A DNA stretch of 63,382 nucleotides, the filler included, from Octopus bimaculoides (lineage: Eukaryota), in the NCBI RefSeq assembly GCF_001194135.2. It is 9 parts of 8 records of this genome, joined end to end, with 100 filler letters (N's around TTAATTAATTAA, not from the genome) between each part and the next. Parts side by side here need not be neighbours in the genome. Positions count along the whole stretch, not along the records: positions 43,432 to 51,447 come from NC_068985.1; positions 51,548 to 53,989 come from NC_068996.1; positions 54,090 to 61,951 come from NC_068987.1; positions 62,052 to 63,382 come from NC_069001.1; 5 more parts are not named here. The stretch is one strand, 5' to 3'. The translations under genes were made by a program, and so were the position numbers. This document shows positions 50,188 through 62,915 of the stretch, piece after piece. The notes below the pieces were generated by a model that did not search any database, was not told the origin of the DNA, and saw only the letters and a list, made by a program, of their open reading frames with translations. Every line of letters starts with the position of its first letter. Positions within the stretch are counted from its first letter, which is position 1.

Positions 50188-51120
50188 TATGCACATGTAT
50201 GCATATATACACATATACAAATATTTATACGTTTATATAGTATAACCATCTCGCATTGACCAAAGTAGCTGAAAAATCTCAATTTAAGAACAGTAACAAC
50301 TTATAAGGGATAAGAAGTTAATAGGTAAGGATATGCAAGTAAGAAAACAAAATAATAAGAATTTATAGCAAATAATAAGAAATATATATAACCTACATTT
50401 AAAGAGACAGGGTATTAAAATTTGAGGTAAGGAAGAGATAAAGGTAACCCAAAAAGAGGAGGTAGTAGGTATGGGCGTAGTGAGGGCAGTTAGAGGTGTT
50501 CAGAGTTACTCTATACCCAATTTACTACTCTTAATATCTTGACAATATTTATGAACATACCTAGCCATGAGCTGTCAACTCACTCTTGCCCTTCATTCCA
50601 AATAGACACAGTACTCTAGTCTTAGATTTAGTAGTTGATAAAAAGACAAATAAATTAGAAACAAACCACAATCCTTTACAAGCTATGACCCCAGTGGGTT
50701 TCATTCCTTTCTTGGAAGTGTAGTCTATTCTTAGCTACAATACTGAAAACATGGCTTTCTTCCATCTTCTTGCTCTGTTAAAGTGTTTGAGAAAAATTAT
50801 ATTAATGTGTCCAACTGATTAAAATTCTATTTATTTGTGCAGCTGATGATAGCTCTNNNNNNNNNNTAAAATTCTATTTATTTGTGCAGCTGATGATAGC
50901 TCTGCATTTAAATTGATGTAATGATTGCATTGTTCAATTAAATGGAACCACTTGAAACGGTTGTACTGCATCACTTCTTGATATACTGTTGCTTATTTTG
51001 ATTTTTTTCACCTTACTTCGAGCTGTGCGGATAATACCGGTCAGACTTAGTGCTTCAACTTAAGTACCTAATTCAACTGAATCTCAATTATTTTGATTAT
51101 ATGTGTATATATATATATAT

Positions 51121-51447
51121 GATTGCTCAATAAAGAGAATGAATGGGAGAAAGAGAGTCTGCTGAATGTCAACCCAACAGAGGGACCAGCTATCCGAGTT
51201 GACAGTACCATGGTAGATAAAGCAATTAAGAGTATGAAGACAGGGAAAGCCCCCGGCCCATCAGGAATCACTGCAGAGATGCTCAAAATATCTGGCAGTG
51301 TCGGCTATAGCCTAGTCACCCGTATTGCTAACCAGGTGATACACGAAGGAGTCATACCCAATGACTGGTGTAGCAGCACCATAGTCAACTGCTACAAAGG
51401 TAAAGGTGACGCTTTAGATACAAATAATTACAGAGGTATCAAGCTGT
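51121..51447 (+). mobile_element. young RTE LINE RT fragment (5'-truncated, rest in gap)
   Basis: Open frame KAIKSMKTGKAPGPSGITAEMLK...IPNDWCSSTIVNCYKGKGDALDTNNYRGIKL (RT domains 0-1); CpGs retained. Confidence 0.92.
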
Positions 51448-52070
51448 NNNNNNNNNNNNNNNNNNNNNNNNNNNNNNNNNNNNNNNNNNNNTTAATTAAT
51501 TAANNNNNNNNNNNNNNNNNNNNNNNNNNNNNNNNNNNNNNNNNNNNATATATATACATGCATACATGCATAGAGACATATGACATACACATGTACAGGG
51601 TAGCAGTGAATGCTGCTGCTGTGATATAATGCAAATTCTGTCTGTATAGATAGAATTTAAGGTGGTAGGAGACAAACTGTTAAGAGAAGATGGGAAAACA
51701 CTGAGTTCTTTCATATTTTAATTAATTAATTAGCTAATTAATCTCAAGCTAATAGCGTTACTATTTAACTAGGAAACGGTACCAGTGCTGAGAGAATTTT
51801 GGAAATTTGGATGAAATATTCAACGAATGTATTTAGCAGTTTGCCCATGTTGGCCCGTTCCCACCCTTTGTGTTCTCTGTTTATAATGTTTTAAATGCTA
51901 TGAAGTTAAAAACGAAAAAAAAAAAAAAAAAAAATAAATAAACAAAAGCAGAAAGCAAAATAGGTTTTCACTGACGGTTAGAACTTATCCATCCAACCCC
52001 TTGCCCTTAACACCTGTACCACGAACACAAATACACAATCAGCACCAACGCCGTCGCGTGTAGCACCACT

Positions 52071-52106
<36 letters not shown>

Positions 52107-52365
52107 TATGTAGATACATATACATATGTATACATACATACATACATACATACATACATACATACATACATACATGTACATACACCCACACTCACATACA
52201 CACACATTAGCACCAGCGTGAACTCTGGTTGTAATGCTAAGCAGGTGCGGCCATAGTATTTGGTATCTTCTCACTCTTTCGTTCACGCCAGCCATATAGA
52301 TGAAGGTGCGTGATTATGTGTGTGGTCATGTACATCTATCTATTTATCTATCTATCTATCACTCA

Positions 52366-52446
<81 letters not shown>

Positions 52447-52853
52447 GGCGTAGGAGTGGCTGTGTGGTAAGTAGCTTGCTTACCAACCGCATGGTTCCGG
52501 GTTCAGTCCTACTGCGTGGCACCTTGGGCAAGTGACTTCTACTATAGCCTCGGGTCGACTAAAGCCTTGTGAGTGAATTTGGTAGACGGAAACTGAAAGA
52601 AGCCCGTCGTATATATATGTTTATATATGTGTGTGGGTGTTTGTGTGTCTGTGTTTGTCGCCCCAACATCGCTTGACAACCGATGCTGGTGTGTTTACGT
52701 CCCCGTATCTTAGCGGTTCGGCAAAAGAGACCGATTGAATAAGTACTAGGCTTCCAAAGAATAAGTCCTGGGGTCGATTTGCTCGAATAAAGGCGTTGCT
52801 CCAGCATGGCCACAGTCAAATAACTGAAACAATTAAAAAGAGTAAAAAAAGAG
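52447..52853 (+). mobile_element. full-length family A SINE inserted in (ATCT)n
   Basis: All modules are present; ATCT repeats lie on both sides. Confidence 0.93.
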
Positions 52854-52873
52854 TATATATATCTATCTATCTA

Positions 52874-53664
52874 TCCACCAAAAATGCCTTCATCGCATTT
52901 TAAAAATTAAATGGAGTTCTTTTACTCCAAATACAGATGTCCTTGCATCTGTAGGCATCACCTCAATTAAAGCTATAATCTTGAGGAACCATTTGAGATG
53001 GTCTGGCCATATTGTTCGAATGGCGGATGAACGCATGCCGAAACAGCTGTTTTATGGTGAGCTTGCAGAGGGGAAACGCTATCGGCGTAGACCTAAAAAA
53101 AAGGTTTAAGGACGGCATAAGGACTACTATGAAGTCACTTGGAATGGATCCAGAAAATATAGATAAACTTGCTTCGGATCGAGTTTGATGGCGAACAAAA
53201 ATGTGGAGTGGAGTGAAAGCGTTTGAGGAGGCCAGTATAACGCAAGTAAGTCTTAAAAGAGATCTAAGGAAGAATGTAACGATCGAGAAGGTGAACGACA
53301 ATGACCGTTTGTGTGCACAGTCTGTGACAGACCATGCCTGTCTTTTGCTGGCCTCAAATCTCATCTGCGAACCCATGGAAAACAAACCTCCACCAACTAT
53401 TCTGACTATATGTCAGTGCACACCTTTGAATGCAATGTATGCCAGAAGGTTTGCAAATCTAACGGAGGCCTCAAAAGACATGTTAAGATCCACAAAGAGC
53501 AGAACTTACCTGTAGGTATTGGTGGTCCAAATCAGAGGTGCAATCTATGTGGGCATGTTTTCAGAACATTGTCTGGTTTAAAAAGCCACAACAGATGCCA
53601 TGATGGTGCTAAGGTGTAAGTACAGGAGGTGGTCAAACTCTGTATAAGGAGAAGGGAACTACCG

Positions 53665-53665
<1 letters not shown>
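52874..53665 (+). mobile_element. RTE-clade LINE 3' end with three C2H2 zinc fingers
   Basis: HQKCLHRILKIKW...LRWSGHIVRMADERMPKQLFYGEL...RPKK/FKD... continues across two frameshifts into three C-x2-C-x12-H-x3-H motifs (53314-53376, 53431-53493, 53539-53601). The stop is at 53619, followed by a short UTR and a TA-rich tail. Confidence 0.85.
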
Positions 53666-53696
<31 letters not shown>

Positions 53697-53793
53697 TATG
53701 TATACATATGTATATATATATGTATATATATATATATATGTATGTATATAAACATATATATATATGTATGTATATAAATATATATATATATGT

Positions 53794-53831
<38 letters not shown>

Positions 53832-54477
53832 ATATATGTATATATATATATGTGTATACATATGTATATATATATATGTATATATATATATCTATGTATA
53901 TATATAAGTATATATATATATATGTATATATATATATGTATATATATATAAGTATATATATATGTGTATATATATATGTATATGTATGTNNNNNNNNNNN
54001 NNNNNNNNNNNNNNNNNNNNNNNNNNNNNNNNNTTAATTAATTAANNNNNNNNNNNNNNNNNNNNNNNNNNNNNNNNNNNNNNNNNNNNCACCACCTGCA
54101 CCGCCGCCGTCGCCGCCGCCGCCGCCGCCGACACCACCACCACCACCACCACCATCACTACTTCTTCCATTCAAAGGAGTTTTCGACCTAATATTTACAT
54201 GCAATTATTTATAGCTTCATCTACTTCGAGTTTAACCTTTAAAAACAAATAAATAATTATCTCATGAACGAATGGCGATAAATGTAACAAATTGCTTGAC
54301 CTTTCAGTGCTCAGCGTTATCCATCAACAACGACATCAACAACACTTGCAGATATTATCCTAACAAGCAATAGCAGCTAATAGTTCAACTGATAATGTCA
54401 GAGAACAAGGACTACATTTTGCCAGGAAATTAATCACCGTATCAATAATTCCGAGTATCAACTAATTAAGTGTATTA

Positions 54478-54850
54478 AGGCGGCGAGCTGGTAGAACCGT
54501 TAGCACACTGAGTAAGATACTTAGGTCTGTCTTTACGTTCTGAGTTCAAATTCGGCCAGAGTGGACTTGGCCTTTCATCCTTACGGAGTCAAAATAAGTA
54601 CCAGTTGAAAACTGGGGTCGATGAAATCGACTTAACCCCCACTTCCCAAATTACTGGCCTTGCGCCAATATTTGAAACCAATTTTATTATTATTATTAAG
54701 GCAGCGAGCTGGCAGTGTCATTAGCACGTCGGGCAAAATGCTTAGCGGCATTTCGTCCGTCTTTATGTTCTGAGTTAAAATTCCGCCGAGGTCGACTTTG
54801 CCCTTCATAAAATAAGTACCAGTGGAGGAGTTTGGGTCGATGTAATTATC
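54478..54850 (+). mobile_element. two tandem family B SINEs separated by (TTA)n
   Basis: GGCGGCGAGCTGG and GGCAGCGAGCTGG heads, each with the Meta-like motif. Confidence 0.85.
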
Positions 54851-55405
54851 GTTTGAGACAGTATTGCGTGATTTAAGATATATTTGACCCACTTTCAGCA
54901 AAAGTCACGGTGCAGTTCATTTGTTAGTTCGAAGAGATACAGGGATTTGATGGTGATTCAGCTATCATTTCCAGCTAACGATCAACTATGTAGATGATCT
55001 CTCAATAAGTCAGTGGTTGAATATAAATTTGAGGGAGATATAGCTTCGAATTCTAGCAGGTTGGGCGACCACATAAAAGCCTTCTTGTTGCCGGGTGCTG
55101 TTAGTTCTGAACACGAAAGAAGCCATGTTAATCCATTTTACATCCCTACTAATCCACAAGAGAATAAATCTATTATATTTCCGTATACGAGAGATATTTA
55201 GACAAAAGTAGGAAAAAAAAAAATTATATGTCATTTAAGTAGAATCACGTTCTTTAAACATTCATGGCTTTCTCTAAGGAAGAAAAATAGCATAAAATAA
55301 GTGTTCTTCAGAATATAAAGAGTTTCGTAATGGCTATTGGTAAATAATTATTAGAATAAAATAAAAATAAAAACAATATCCCCGGATATTATAACTCTTT
55401 ATGCG

Positions 55406-55435
55406 TTAGGGTTAGGGTTAGGGTTAGGGTTAGGG
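55406..55435 (+). repeat. interstitial telomeric repeat (TTAGGG)5
   Basis: Five perfect copies. Confidence 0.95.
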
Positions 55436-55583
55436 TTAAGATGAATGTCTATGTCTTATTAAAATAATTACAGGAATAGCAAGAATACGTCCAAAAAGTC
55501 CCAGACATATAATTATACACGAAAAGTGATATATATATATATGTACACACACACACACACACGCACATCTATATATAGACATA

Positions 55584-55620
<37 letters not shown>

Positions 55621-55919
55621 GTATATATATATATATATATATATAAACACACACACACACACACACATATCACTNNNNNNNNNNACAAAATTATCAGATG
55701 AATGTTCGCAATATCAAAATATTCTACATAAGTACTCGTAGAATAAATAAAGAAGAAGAAACGTTTTTTTCACTACTTAAAGAAATGTTACAAAAGGGTT
55801 TAAATTTTTTTAATATTTGCGTGATCAACTTCAAACCAGTCACGGATGCCTTGGGAATTTCATGAAGCCAATATCATGTATTTATATATCTTTTATCTGA
55901 TTCGATCATTATAGACTGA

Positions 55920-56477
55920 GGCCATGCTCAAAGAATTTTTAATCGCACGAATCAACCCCAGTACTTATTTTTTAAGAGTAGTGTTTATTTACGGGGACGT
56001 AAACACACCAACGCCGGTTGTAATGCAGTGGTGGGAGACAAACACAGGCACAAAGGCCCCCGCCTATATTTATGTATATACACACACACAAGGCGGCGAG
56101 CTGGCAGAAACGTTAGCACGCCGGGCGAAATTCTTAGCGGTATTTTGTCTGTCTTTACGTTCTGAGTTCAAATTCCGCCGAGGTCGACTTTGCCTTTCAT
56201 ACTTTCGGGTTCGATAAATTAAGTACCAGTTGCGTACTGGGGTCGATCTAATCGACTGGCCCACCTTCCCCGAAATTTCGGGCCTTATACCTAGTGTAGG
56301 AAAGTATATATATACACATACATACATATACGACGGAGTTCTTTTTTCCAGTTTCCGTCAAAGAAATCCGACTTGGTCGGCTCGAGGTTATACTGGAAGA
56401 TACTCGCTCAAGGTGCCGTGCAGTGGGACTGAATCCGGAACCATGTGGTTGGGAAGCAAACTCCTTACCACACAGCC
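55920..56477. mobile_element. family A SINE (minus) with a young family B SINE (plus, 56093-56298) nested in its internal microsatellite
   Basis: The A 3' half is at 55920-56060 and the A 5' half at 56330-56477, with an intact B copy between them. Confidence 0.85.
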
Positions 56478-57254
56478 AATGAAAATATTTTATTATATCA
56501 TTGGTATTATTCTTACCAACCTTATTATTTACCGTTTGAAAAATTTCATAAAATTGTTTCCTTTCTTAAAACAGAATTTAAGAAATATCTTGGAAAGCGT
56601 CCATAAAAATGCCCAAGGCTAAAGATAACAGATGTTGTGTGAGAATGTTTTAATATTTATTGATCCTAGTATTGCTACCTTCTGGAACGTGCCTACGAGT
56701 AACGTTTTATGCAGTCTCTCAGTGTCTTCATAGAAGTTGTATATCAGTTCAATTACGCCAGTTACAAATAGAATGATGGACACATCCTTAAATGTCAGAA
56801 TATTTTCAACTCAACAGTTAAGTCAGTGGCTTTTCAGCTCACTTCTGCACATTATAGTCATCTGGTCCTTCCAAGTGGATAATTAATATGCTGTTGTGAT
56901 TTTTGTCATAGCGAAATTATTATGCGCTATCAAATAATTTGTATATATATATATACTAAAGTTCTGTATGTTATACTCCGGAAAACCATAATCCGGTTGT
57001 TTTCATCTATTCAGATAAGTATCATCATAGACTTGACAATGTATAGTTTTGTGGCCTTCATTGATACATAACTACCGGCAAATATAATTAAGGAAGACCG
57101 AGTTGACAGGGCTCAGAATCGAATCTTACTAATCTAGCTGTAACTGCTATCTCTCGTTCACTAATAAGATATCTGTCGCTAGTTATATATCTTCAGGCCA
57201 ACATTTTCACAGATAATTTTAACAGACAAAGACACGTTGCGAGTTTAACCGTAT

Positions 57255-57542
57255 TTATACTCTTTTATTCTTTACTCTTTTACTTGTTTCAGTCATTTGA
57301 CTGCGGCCATGCTGGAGCACCACCTTTAGTCGAGCAAATCGCCCCCAGGACTTATTCTTTGTAAGCCTAGTACTTATTCTATCGGTCTCTTTTTGCCGAA
57401 CCGCTAAGTTACAGGGACGTAAACACACCAGCATCGGTTGTGAAGCGATGTTGGGGAGGACAAACACAGACACACATACACACACACACAGACACACACA
57501 CATACATATATATATACATATATACGACGGGCTTCTTTCAGT
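57255..57542 (-). mobile_element. family A SINE (5' part in gap)
   Basis: Near-identical to 33034-33350. Confidence 0.9.
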
Positions 57543-57869
57543 NNNNNNNNNNNNNNNNNNNNNNNNNNNNNNNNNNNNNNNNNNNNNNNNNNNNNNNNNN
57601 NNNNNNNNNNNNNNNNNNNNNNNNNNNNNNNNNNNNNNNNNNNNNNNNNNNNNNNNNNNNNNNNNNNNNNNNNNNNNNNNNNNNNNNNNNNNNNNNNNNN
57701 NNNNNNNNNNNNNNNNNNNNNNNNNNNNNNNNNNNNNNNNNNNNNNNNNNNNNNNNNNNNNNNNNNNNNNNNNNNNNNNNNNNNNNNNNNNNNNNNNNNN
57801 NNNNNNNNNNNNNNNNNNNNNNNNNNNNNNNNNNNNNNNNNNNNNNNNNNNNNNNNNNNNNNNNNNNNN

Positions 57870-58118
57870 TATTCAGCGTGACACAGTGTGACAAGGCTGG
57901 CCCTTTGAATTACAGGCACAACAGAAACAGGAAGTAAGAGTGAGAGAAAGTTGTGGTGGAAGAGTACAGCAGGGTTCGCCACCATCCACTGCCGGAGCCT
58001 CGTGGAGCTTTAGGTGTTTTCGCTCAATAAACACTCACAACGCCCGGTCTGGGAATCGAAACGGCGATCCTATGACCGCGAGTCGGCTGCCCTAACCACT
58101 AGGCCATTGCGCCTCCAC
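57870..58118 (-). mobile_element. family C SINE (3' part in gap)
   Basis: Near-identical to 34840-35087. Confidence 0.9.
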
Positions 58119-58610
58119 TATACATACATACATACATACATACATAGACATATATTAGATAATGTACTCCTAGACATACCGTAGCTTAAAAATAAATGAA
58201 TGCCTAAAATAGATGGGAATATTACAGCTTGAAAGCTTTGATCACAGATTTAATGAACGAGTTCTGGCTTGGGGCGAAACAACAACAGCAACAACAACAA
58301 CAACAGCAGTAGCAACAACAACCACCACCACAACAACACTGATAATAACGTCAGCTTCATCAGCTCATAGAAATATAGTAGAGACGAAAGTATCACCCCA
58401 GGATGTATTACATTTGTTTCAGCGGTTTCGAACACAGTAAATAGACGAAAACATTGAAACTGTAACATTTTCTACTCGATTATCGCCATCGATACAAATT
58501 AATATCAGAAGACTTGTAGATGAATCGATTCTCAATGATTACATTACTGATCAATATTCGCTGACAGTGCTCACACGAAAATCACTTTTAATGAATTCGT
58601 ATTAGGATAA

Positions 58611-58643
<33 letters not shown>

Positions 58644-58844
58644 AAAGTAAAAACAATTTCTTTGATGTAACGAAATTACGATAAGAGAAGAAATGTTGCA
58701 ATTGTCTTTCGTCTAAGACATGAAGTGCAGACGGTATTATACTTGAGTTGCTAAATCCCCGCTTCCAAATAATCGTACAGATTCATTATTCAGAATTCTA
58801 ATCGTTTTAGACGTCTAAAATAATGGTAAGAATACGATTAACAA

Positions 58845-59105
<261 letters not shown>

Positions 59106-59746
59106 ATATATATGTATATATATATATATATNNNNNNNNNNNNNNNNNNNNNNNNNNNNNNNNNNNNNNNNNNNNNNNNNNNNNNNNNNNNNNNNNNNNN
59201 NNNNNNNNNNNNNNNNNNNNNNNNNNNNNNNNNNNNNNNNNNNNNNNNNNNNNNNNNNNNNNNNNNNNNNNNNNNNNNNNNNNNNNNNNNNNNNNNNNNN
59301 NNNNNNNNNNNNNNTTGGGGATGGTCATGTTGCCAGTTTAGCGAATGAAGACACACGCACTATATATTTGGTGTTCACTTTCTTCGGCTTTATTTCATAT
59401 AAATTGTATTTCGGCCAACCGTTGTTGTTGTTGTTTTTGTATTCGATTTTTTCTCTGTTTTTGTATTTGTGTCTGTTTCTTGTATTTATGTGTTCGTTTT
59501 TCTTGGTGTTGCTGCTGTTGGTGTTGCTGATGCTGCTGATGCGGTTGCATTTGTTCGTGTTGTTGTTGCTGCGGTTATTGTTATTGTCAATCGTGTTGTT
59601 GTTGTACATGTTGAAATTCCAACGTATTTTTGCTTGCCCCTCTCTCTCTCTTTCTGTGCGTGTGTGTATGTATGTATGCATGTATGTATGTATGTATGTA
59701 TGTATGTATGTATGTATGTATGTATGTATGTGTGTATGTATGTATG

Positions 59747-59807
<61 letters not shown>

Positions 59808-60392
59808 GAACATCTGTCCATCTATCCATCCAATTGTCTATCACCTGTTACTATCTAACACTGCATGTGTTGTGTGTGTGTGTGTGTGTATGTGTGTGTG
59901 TGTATGTGTGTGTGTGTATGTGTGTGTGTGTATGTGTGTGTGTGTGTGTATGTGTGTGTGTGTATGTGTGTGGGTGGGTGCGTGTAGGTATACGTAATTG
60001 TCTTTCAATATGTGTTGAACGTATATACTTTTAAACGTGGATTTCTTCTAAGCACATACACACACACACACACACACTCTTTGTAGTCACGAACAAAATA
60101 AACGTACTTATTCCACACGAACAGAGTGAAATATTTATTATGCCATAGTGCTTATGGTCAACGCCAACTCTGTACGGCTTCAAGTTTTTATACTACGGCA
60201 GTAATGCTTTACTGCTGCTCTAATCATAAAAGTAGCCAAAAGTGATCTTTGCACTATAGTTGCACTCAGTCACCAATGTGATTAGTGTTACGGTGCGACA
60301 ATACTTCTGTTGCACGAAACCGGATCTCAATGGAAAGTTAGCGATGACTCTCTCTCTGTCTCCCTCCTCTTTCTCTGTCTCCCTCCTCTTTC

Positions 60393-60435
<43 letters not shown>

Positions 60436-60582
60436 AACGATACCCATATATATGCATATATCATGTGTGTACACACACACGCACACAAATATATATATAT
60501 GTATTTATATGCACACACACACATATATATTTATATGTATAAATGCATATATATAAACATGTATGTATTTAATATGTATGTC

Positions 60583-60642
<60 letters not shown>

Positions 60643-61339
60643 ACAAGAAATAATTTTTGTTTCTTTGTATGGAAACAAAAAAAGATATACAGGACTGCAA
60701 AATAGAAGTGCTGAAGTGAAATTGAGACAAAAAAAAATCATTGATTAGTGAACAAACATCAAATTTGACGCCAACGTCTTTATATTACCACACGCTTCTA
60801 TACATTTCATCATATACAAATAATACCATGGCCTTCAGCATATAAAAGAAATACATATACAAGGAAAAAAATATATTTGCACATATAAAAATACAAAATA
60901 TATAGAAGGGGCTGTCAAGAAGTATATACAAATCGACTAAAAATAGGTCATCAAAATGAATTACTAAAACATATCAGTCGACTAAAAAAATTTATTTACC
61001 CCTCGATTAAAAATATATCAAAGTAATTGGTTTTTAAAAATGAAGCAACCCATGGTAGGTAAGAGAGTTCCAAAAGGAGCGTAAGAGACTTCCCCACCAA
61101 AAAAGGTAGGTCAAAAATCACATCTATGGCCATTTTGGGCCATACATACAGACACACACACATATATATATATTAAATTCAAATTACGATGAACGTAAAC
61201 AAACAAACGAAGTTTGCTTTAGAAGAGTTGAGATGTCTTAGAAAGTTAAGGAAGAGATTTTAAATTCTCAAACGCAAGATAATGCTAATAATATAGCCTG
61301 AACAGGATAAGATAACCCTATTTTGCAGAAAAAAAGTGT

Positions 61340-61412
61340 TGGCGGCCGGCAATGAGACTCGAACTCACACCTCCGTGATTACGCGTCACGGTGCTCCAAA
61401 CCATTAAGCTAA
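61340..61412 (-). pseudogene. tRNA-Thr(CGT)-like sequence lacking the 5' acceptor strand
   Basis: D-arm-like AGCTTAATGGTTTGGAGC, anticodon arm CCGTGA-CGCGTAA-TCACGG, T-arm GTGAG-TTCGAGT-CTCAT, then TGCCGGCCGCCA and a T7 run. Confidence 0.55.
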
Positions 61413-61767
61413 AATGATATACATAAGTATAATGTGTCTTATGAGCATTTATAGAACAAAGTTCTATATAAAATCAACAAACAATTAAAGATGGAGAAGA
61501 GAAGTTGTTAAAGGTTTGATAACATTTTAATCCATGCATACGTTGGACCTCCCAGAGTAAAACTGTTCTAATTGAACTCAGCCTTTCTCTCATGTATATA
61601 TATTCGTTTAAGAGGTATTTAGGGTTAAAATCTTCCCTCTTCGATGAGAGTTGAATGAACTTTGAGGAAGATGTAGCTACTATTTCTAACAGATCAATCA
61701 CCTTTGATAAGGAGTGTTCATCTAACGCAAATTCTTCCTCGTTGTTTCGACCTGTGTCAACTGCGTG

Positions 61768-61808
<41 letters not shown>

Positions 61809-61910
61809 TCGTGTGTCTGCGAGTGTTTGTGTGCTTTTGTGTATTTGTGCGTATGCATGTATGCATGTGCATGTCTCTGCATGCATATGTTCCTGTATGT
61901 ATTCAGGCAA

Positions 61911-61951
<41 letters not shown>

Positions 61952-62051
61952 NNNNNNNNNNNNNNNNNNNNNNNNNNNNNNNNNNNNNNNNNNNNTTAAT
62001 TAATTAANNNNNNNNNNNNNNNNNNNNNNNNNNNNNNNNNNNNNNNNNNNN

Positions 62052-62084
<33 letters not shown>

Positions 62085-62086
<2 letters not shown>

Positions 62087-62243
62087 CGACGGGTTTCTTT
62101 TAGTTTCCGTCTACCAAATCCACTCACAAGGCTTTGGTCGGCTCGAGGCTATAGTAGAAGACAGTTGCCCAAGGTGCCACGCAGTGGGACTGAACCCGGA
62201 ACCATGTGGTTGATAAGCTAGCTACTTACCACACAGCCTCTCC
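62085..62243 (-). mobile_element. family A SINE 5' half
   Basis: Young copy with CpGs retained. Confidence 0.9.
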
Positions 62244-62683
62244 TGTGTACGTCTGTGTATCTGTGTGTGCTAAATGTATGTATGCGTGAGAGTGTATGTG
62301 CCAATGCATGTGTTTCTGTGTACAGACACGTACACAAATGTATACAAGCACATGCGAAGGGCTTCTACGCATTTTCCGTGTGTCGAATCCATTCACAAAG
62401 CTGTCGGTCTGAGATTTCGGTGAAAGAAACTTGCAGTAAGTTCCGCGCAGAGGGACTGAACCCGGAACGAGAGTGTTGCAAAAACAAGCATCTGAACCAC
62501 ACTGCTATGGCTGCGCTTACATACTTAAATATCTTTTATCTTTTGTCTGTTTCTCTCATCTTATTTTTTTTTAAGCCTAGGACTTATTCTATCGGTCTCT
62601 TTTGCCGAACCGCTATATTACTGATTCGTAAACATACCAACATCGGTTCTGAAGCAATGGTGGGGACAAACGCAGACACAAAG

Positions 62684-62721
<38 letters not shown>

Positions 62722-62734
62722 TATGTTATACATA

Positions 62735-62915
62735 AGGCTACGAGCTGGCAGAATACTGAGTAACATTCTCGTCCATTTTCGCGTCCCGAGTTCTAATTTC
62801 GCTATTCATCCTTCCGGGGTCGATAAAGTAAGTACCAGTTCACTACTGGGGTCGAAGTATCGGACTAGTCCCTCCCCATAAAATTTCAGCCCTTTATACC
62901 TGTAGTAGAAGGAAT
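62735..62915 (+). mobile_element. family B SINE, internally deleted
   Basis: ACGAGCTGGCAG head and CATCCTTCCGGGGTCGATAAAGTAAGTACCAG. Confidence 0.8.

Noticed and set aside
50820-50903. 37-bp direct repeat
   Set aside because: The two copies sit on either side of a 10-N gap, so this is an unmerged contig overlap.
53311-53619. Stand-alone host C2H2 zinc-finger gene
   Set aside because: It is collinear with an upstream RTE RT C-terminus, lacks TGEKP linkers, and is followed by a LINE-type tail. It is kept as a LINE feature.
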